A stretch of DNA of 64,000 bases from the human T2T-CHM13v2.0 reference genome, Homo sapiens, in the NCBI RefSeq assembly GCF_009914755.1, contig NC_060931.1; one strand, given 5' to 3'. The notes under the pieces are model-generated. The model was not told where the DNA came from, did no database searches, and saw only the letters and a program-made list of their open reading frames with translations. How positions within the stretch are numbered: the first letter of the stretch is position 1; each line of letters starts with the position of its first letter. The translations under genes and the position numbers were made by a program. This document shows, one piece after another, positions 61,400-64,000 of the stretch.

Positions 61400-63420
61400 A
61401 ATGTATGCTGATAAGCATAAGAAATCAATAGGAAGAATATACAGCACCTAAAATAGCATAAGAAAACAAATCCCAAACAAAATGAAAGAAATAAGTCCTA
61501 GTATTATGACAATTACCATATATGTAAAGAGCATAAATTCACTAATTAAGGGACAGATGCTTAAATTGGACTTAAGGGAAAAAATCTAATATTATATTGT
61601 CACCAAAAGAAATACTTAAAAGTATGCTGAAAGGTTGAAAACAGAAGAATGGAAGAAGATATACCAGGTAAGTTTAAAACAAAGAAATCTGTTAGCAATT
61701 ATAATGTCTCACAAAACTGAATTTAAGCAAAAAATATATGAAAAGAGACAATAAATATTATATGCTAGTAAAATTAACAAAAAAGCAAGATTATACATAT
61801 TGCCAACATATCTGCAGTTAAAAATATGGATTCAAAGTACACAGAATAAGAACTGACAAAAACTAAAGGAAGAAATAGAAAAGTTGACAGTGTTCATTGC
61901 AAATGTTAAACACTGCCTCCTTGAATAAAAAAGCTGACAAAAGTTAACATAAAAGGTGAATACAATCAATTAGCTCACAAACAGAAAATATAAACTTCAC
62001 AAAGAGAATACACATTATCCTTGAACACAAGTGAAATATTTTTGAATATTCACATACCATGTAACAATAAATTCCAAAAATATGTATATATTTGATTATA
62101 AATGCAATACAACTAGAAAATACCTAGAAATTGCTTTAAAAATTCTTGATTAGAAGTTAAATATCATAAAACTTAACCTTTTAAAAAATCACAAATAGAC
62201 AATCTATAAGATACATAAAAGAGTACTACATACTTACAAAGAAAATTTTAGCTTTAAAAGCATTGATCAGAAAATAAGAGAGGTAAAAACAACAGAGCTA
62301 AGTATTTCCCTTGGGCATCAGAAGACAGGAAACAAAAAGAAGTAAGAATAAGAATGAGGACAGGAATTGGTGACAAAGAGAAACACAATAAAACCAAAGA
62401 GGACTAAAAAAAGATATAACTTTAAAAATATTAAAACAATAGACCTCTAGAGCAAATCTAATGAAGGAAATAAATGATGCAAACAAAAAGCAAAATGAAA
62501 AAGGGAGAAATAACTATGGACTCAACATAGTAAGAAGAATAGGCTACACAATTTGCTAATAAATTGTAAAACCTAGGTAAAATGGATACATTTCTGGAAA
62601 ATCATAAAACACCAACACTGGCACAAAAAGAAATAGAAAACTTGAATAGAACAAAAAGCATTCAAATATCTGAAATAGAAATCAAGTATTTTCCCTCCCA
62701 AAAAGCCCTAGACTGAGATGGTTAACATTGAATTACTAAACTTTCAAAAAAAAAAAAAAACTTTCCTAAGTTGCCAGAAAGTAGGAAAAATAAAAAAAAA
62801 GACCACAAAAAAAAAACCCACAACAGCTCTTAATAGAAGACCAATATTAATTCCAAATCCAAATAAGGAGAAGTCAACCAAAGAACAAAAAGATCACTTC
62901 CCAAATATGCATATACACAAAAATTCCAATAAGAATTTTAACTGACTAAATTTAAAAAGCATTATCCATTTGATGACATATATAAAATGGGAAAAATTCC
63001 TCTAAGAACATAAAACTACCAAAGTTCACTCCAGATGAACTGGAGAGCTTCCTAATGAAATTGAATTTGTAGTAAAAAACCTACCCATAAAGAAAGCTCC
63101 AGGCCATGAGGGCTTCACTGTTAAATTCTACCAAACATTTAAGGAAGAGATAATACCAATTCTACATAAAAATCTTTCTGAAAACAGGAGACAGGACACT
63201 TGCAAATAATTTTAGGAGATGACATTACCCTGAAACCAAAACCAGACAAAATCATTACAAGAAAACTACAACAAATATTCCTCATGAGTAATAGACGAAA
63301 AACACCTTAAAAATATTAGCCAACCAAATCCAACAATATAGAAAAGAAATACTACATTTGAGCAGGTGAGGTTTATCCCAGGATACAAACTAGATCAACA
63401 CTCATATATCAAAAAAATGT
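61400..63420 (+). mobile_element. Degenerate ancient L1M ORF2 sequence (two overlapping-coverage segments)
   Basis: A-rich remnants of the endonuclease and linker regions (GGAAGAAGATATACCAGG, AAATGGATACATTTCTGGAAA, CCAGGCCATGAGGGCTTCACTG..AAATTCTACCAAACATTTAAGGAAG). Confidence 0.75.
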
Positions 63421-64000
63421 GTCAACTTCCAAATACGGCAGAGTGAAGAAACTGGTAACTCCCATTCTCCAAAACCACTTTAAAATTGGACAAAATTATA
63501 AAAAAAACACTCATATCAGGTTCTAGAGATTAACCAAAAGGAAGCAACAATGTGGGAAGCATTCATTCATAAAAAACTGAGAAACTGTGGGTAAAAACAG
63601 TGGGAGTCTGTGGCATTTTTACCTAGGTTGCTCCCATCCACCTCAGCACCACCCCCATCTCCCCCATACTGTTAGTCCAACAGTTCTTTTGAAGGGGGCA
63701 GGACCGAGTGTGGCTACTCATAAAAAGAACCTGTACTACTGGAACAGGCTGACCTGATTTGGGGCGGACAGCTAAAAACCTACGCTCAGAGGCACTATCA
63801 GTAAAAGTAGAGAACTCAGTAGGAAATAAAAGGCTGGGTAGCCTTGCCACTATCTTCCTTTAACCAATGTCAAAATTAAGAATTTATGAGCCAATGCCCT
63901 TAATCAACGTTACGTATTTCTAAAAATACTAAAGTTACAACTAAGTTATTTCTAATTTGCAAATAACATAGTTTATAGCATCTTTTTTGGCCCTGCATAA

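Overview
Primate (very likely human) genomic DNA, repeat-rich, with no prokaryotic-type features. The right ~24 kb holds the last nine coding exons of DPY19L1 (ER tryptophan C-mannosyltransferase) on the minus strand. All have GT-AG boundaries and splice into one intact 927-nt frame (308 aa + TGA at 42250-42252), followed by a ~2.7 kb 3'UTR ending near 39555. One intron carries the MADE1-derived hairpin I recognise as MIR548N. The left ~39 kb is intergenic; from recollection of the human locus it is the gap between NPSR1 and DPY19L1 on 7p14. It contains a full-length L1PA3/L1PA2-type LINE-1 (intact ORF1, dead ORF2, 15-bp TSD), a second 5'-truncated L1 nested in an old L1M, an MSTA provirus nested in an MLT1 LTR, solo LTRs, Alus, MIR/L2 relics and DNA transposons. 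A near-consensus CTCF motif lies just past the DPY19L1 3' end. I found no evidence of a new multi-gene system. The best leads are: (i) apparent non-allelic gene conversion between the two neighbouring L1 copies; (ii) an unexplained ~115-bp palindrome with a 21-bp tandem duplication at its centre; (iii) two candidate cryptic exons in the last DPY19L1 intron, one poison-type and one in-frame 30-nt microexon; (iv) a YY1-site mutation in the ORF1-intact L1. Repeat subfamily names come from remembered consensus features and need RepeatMasker/Dfam confirmation.
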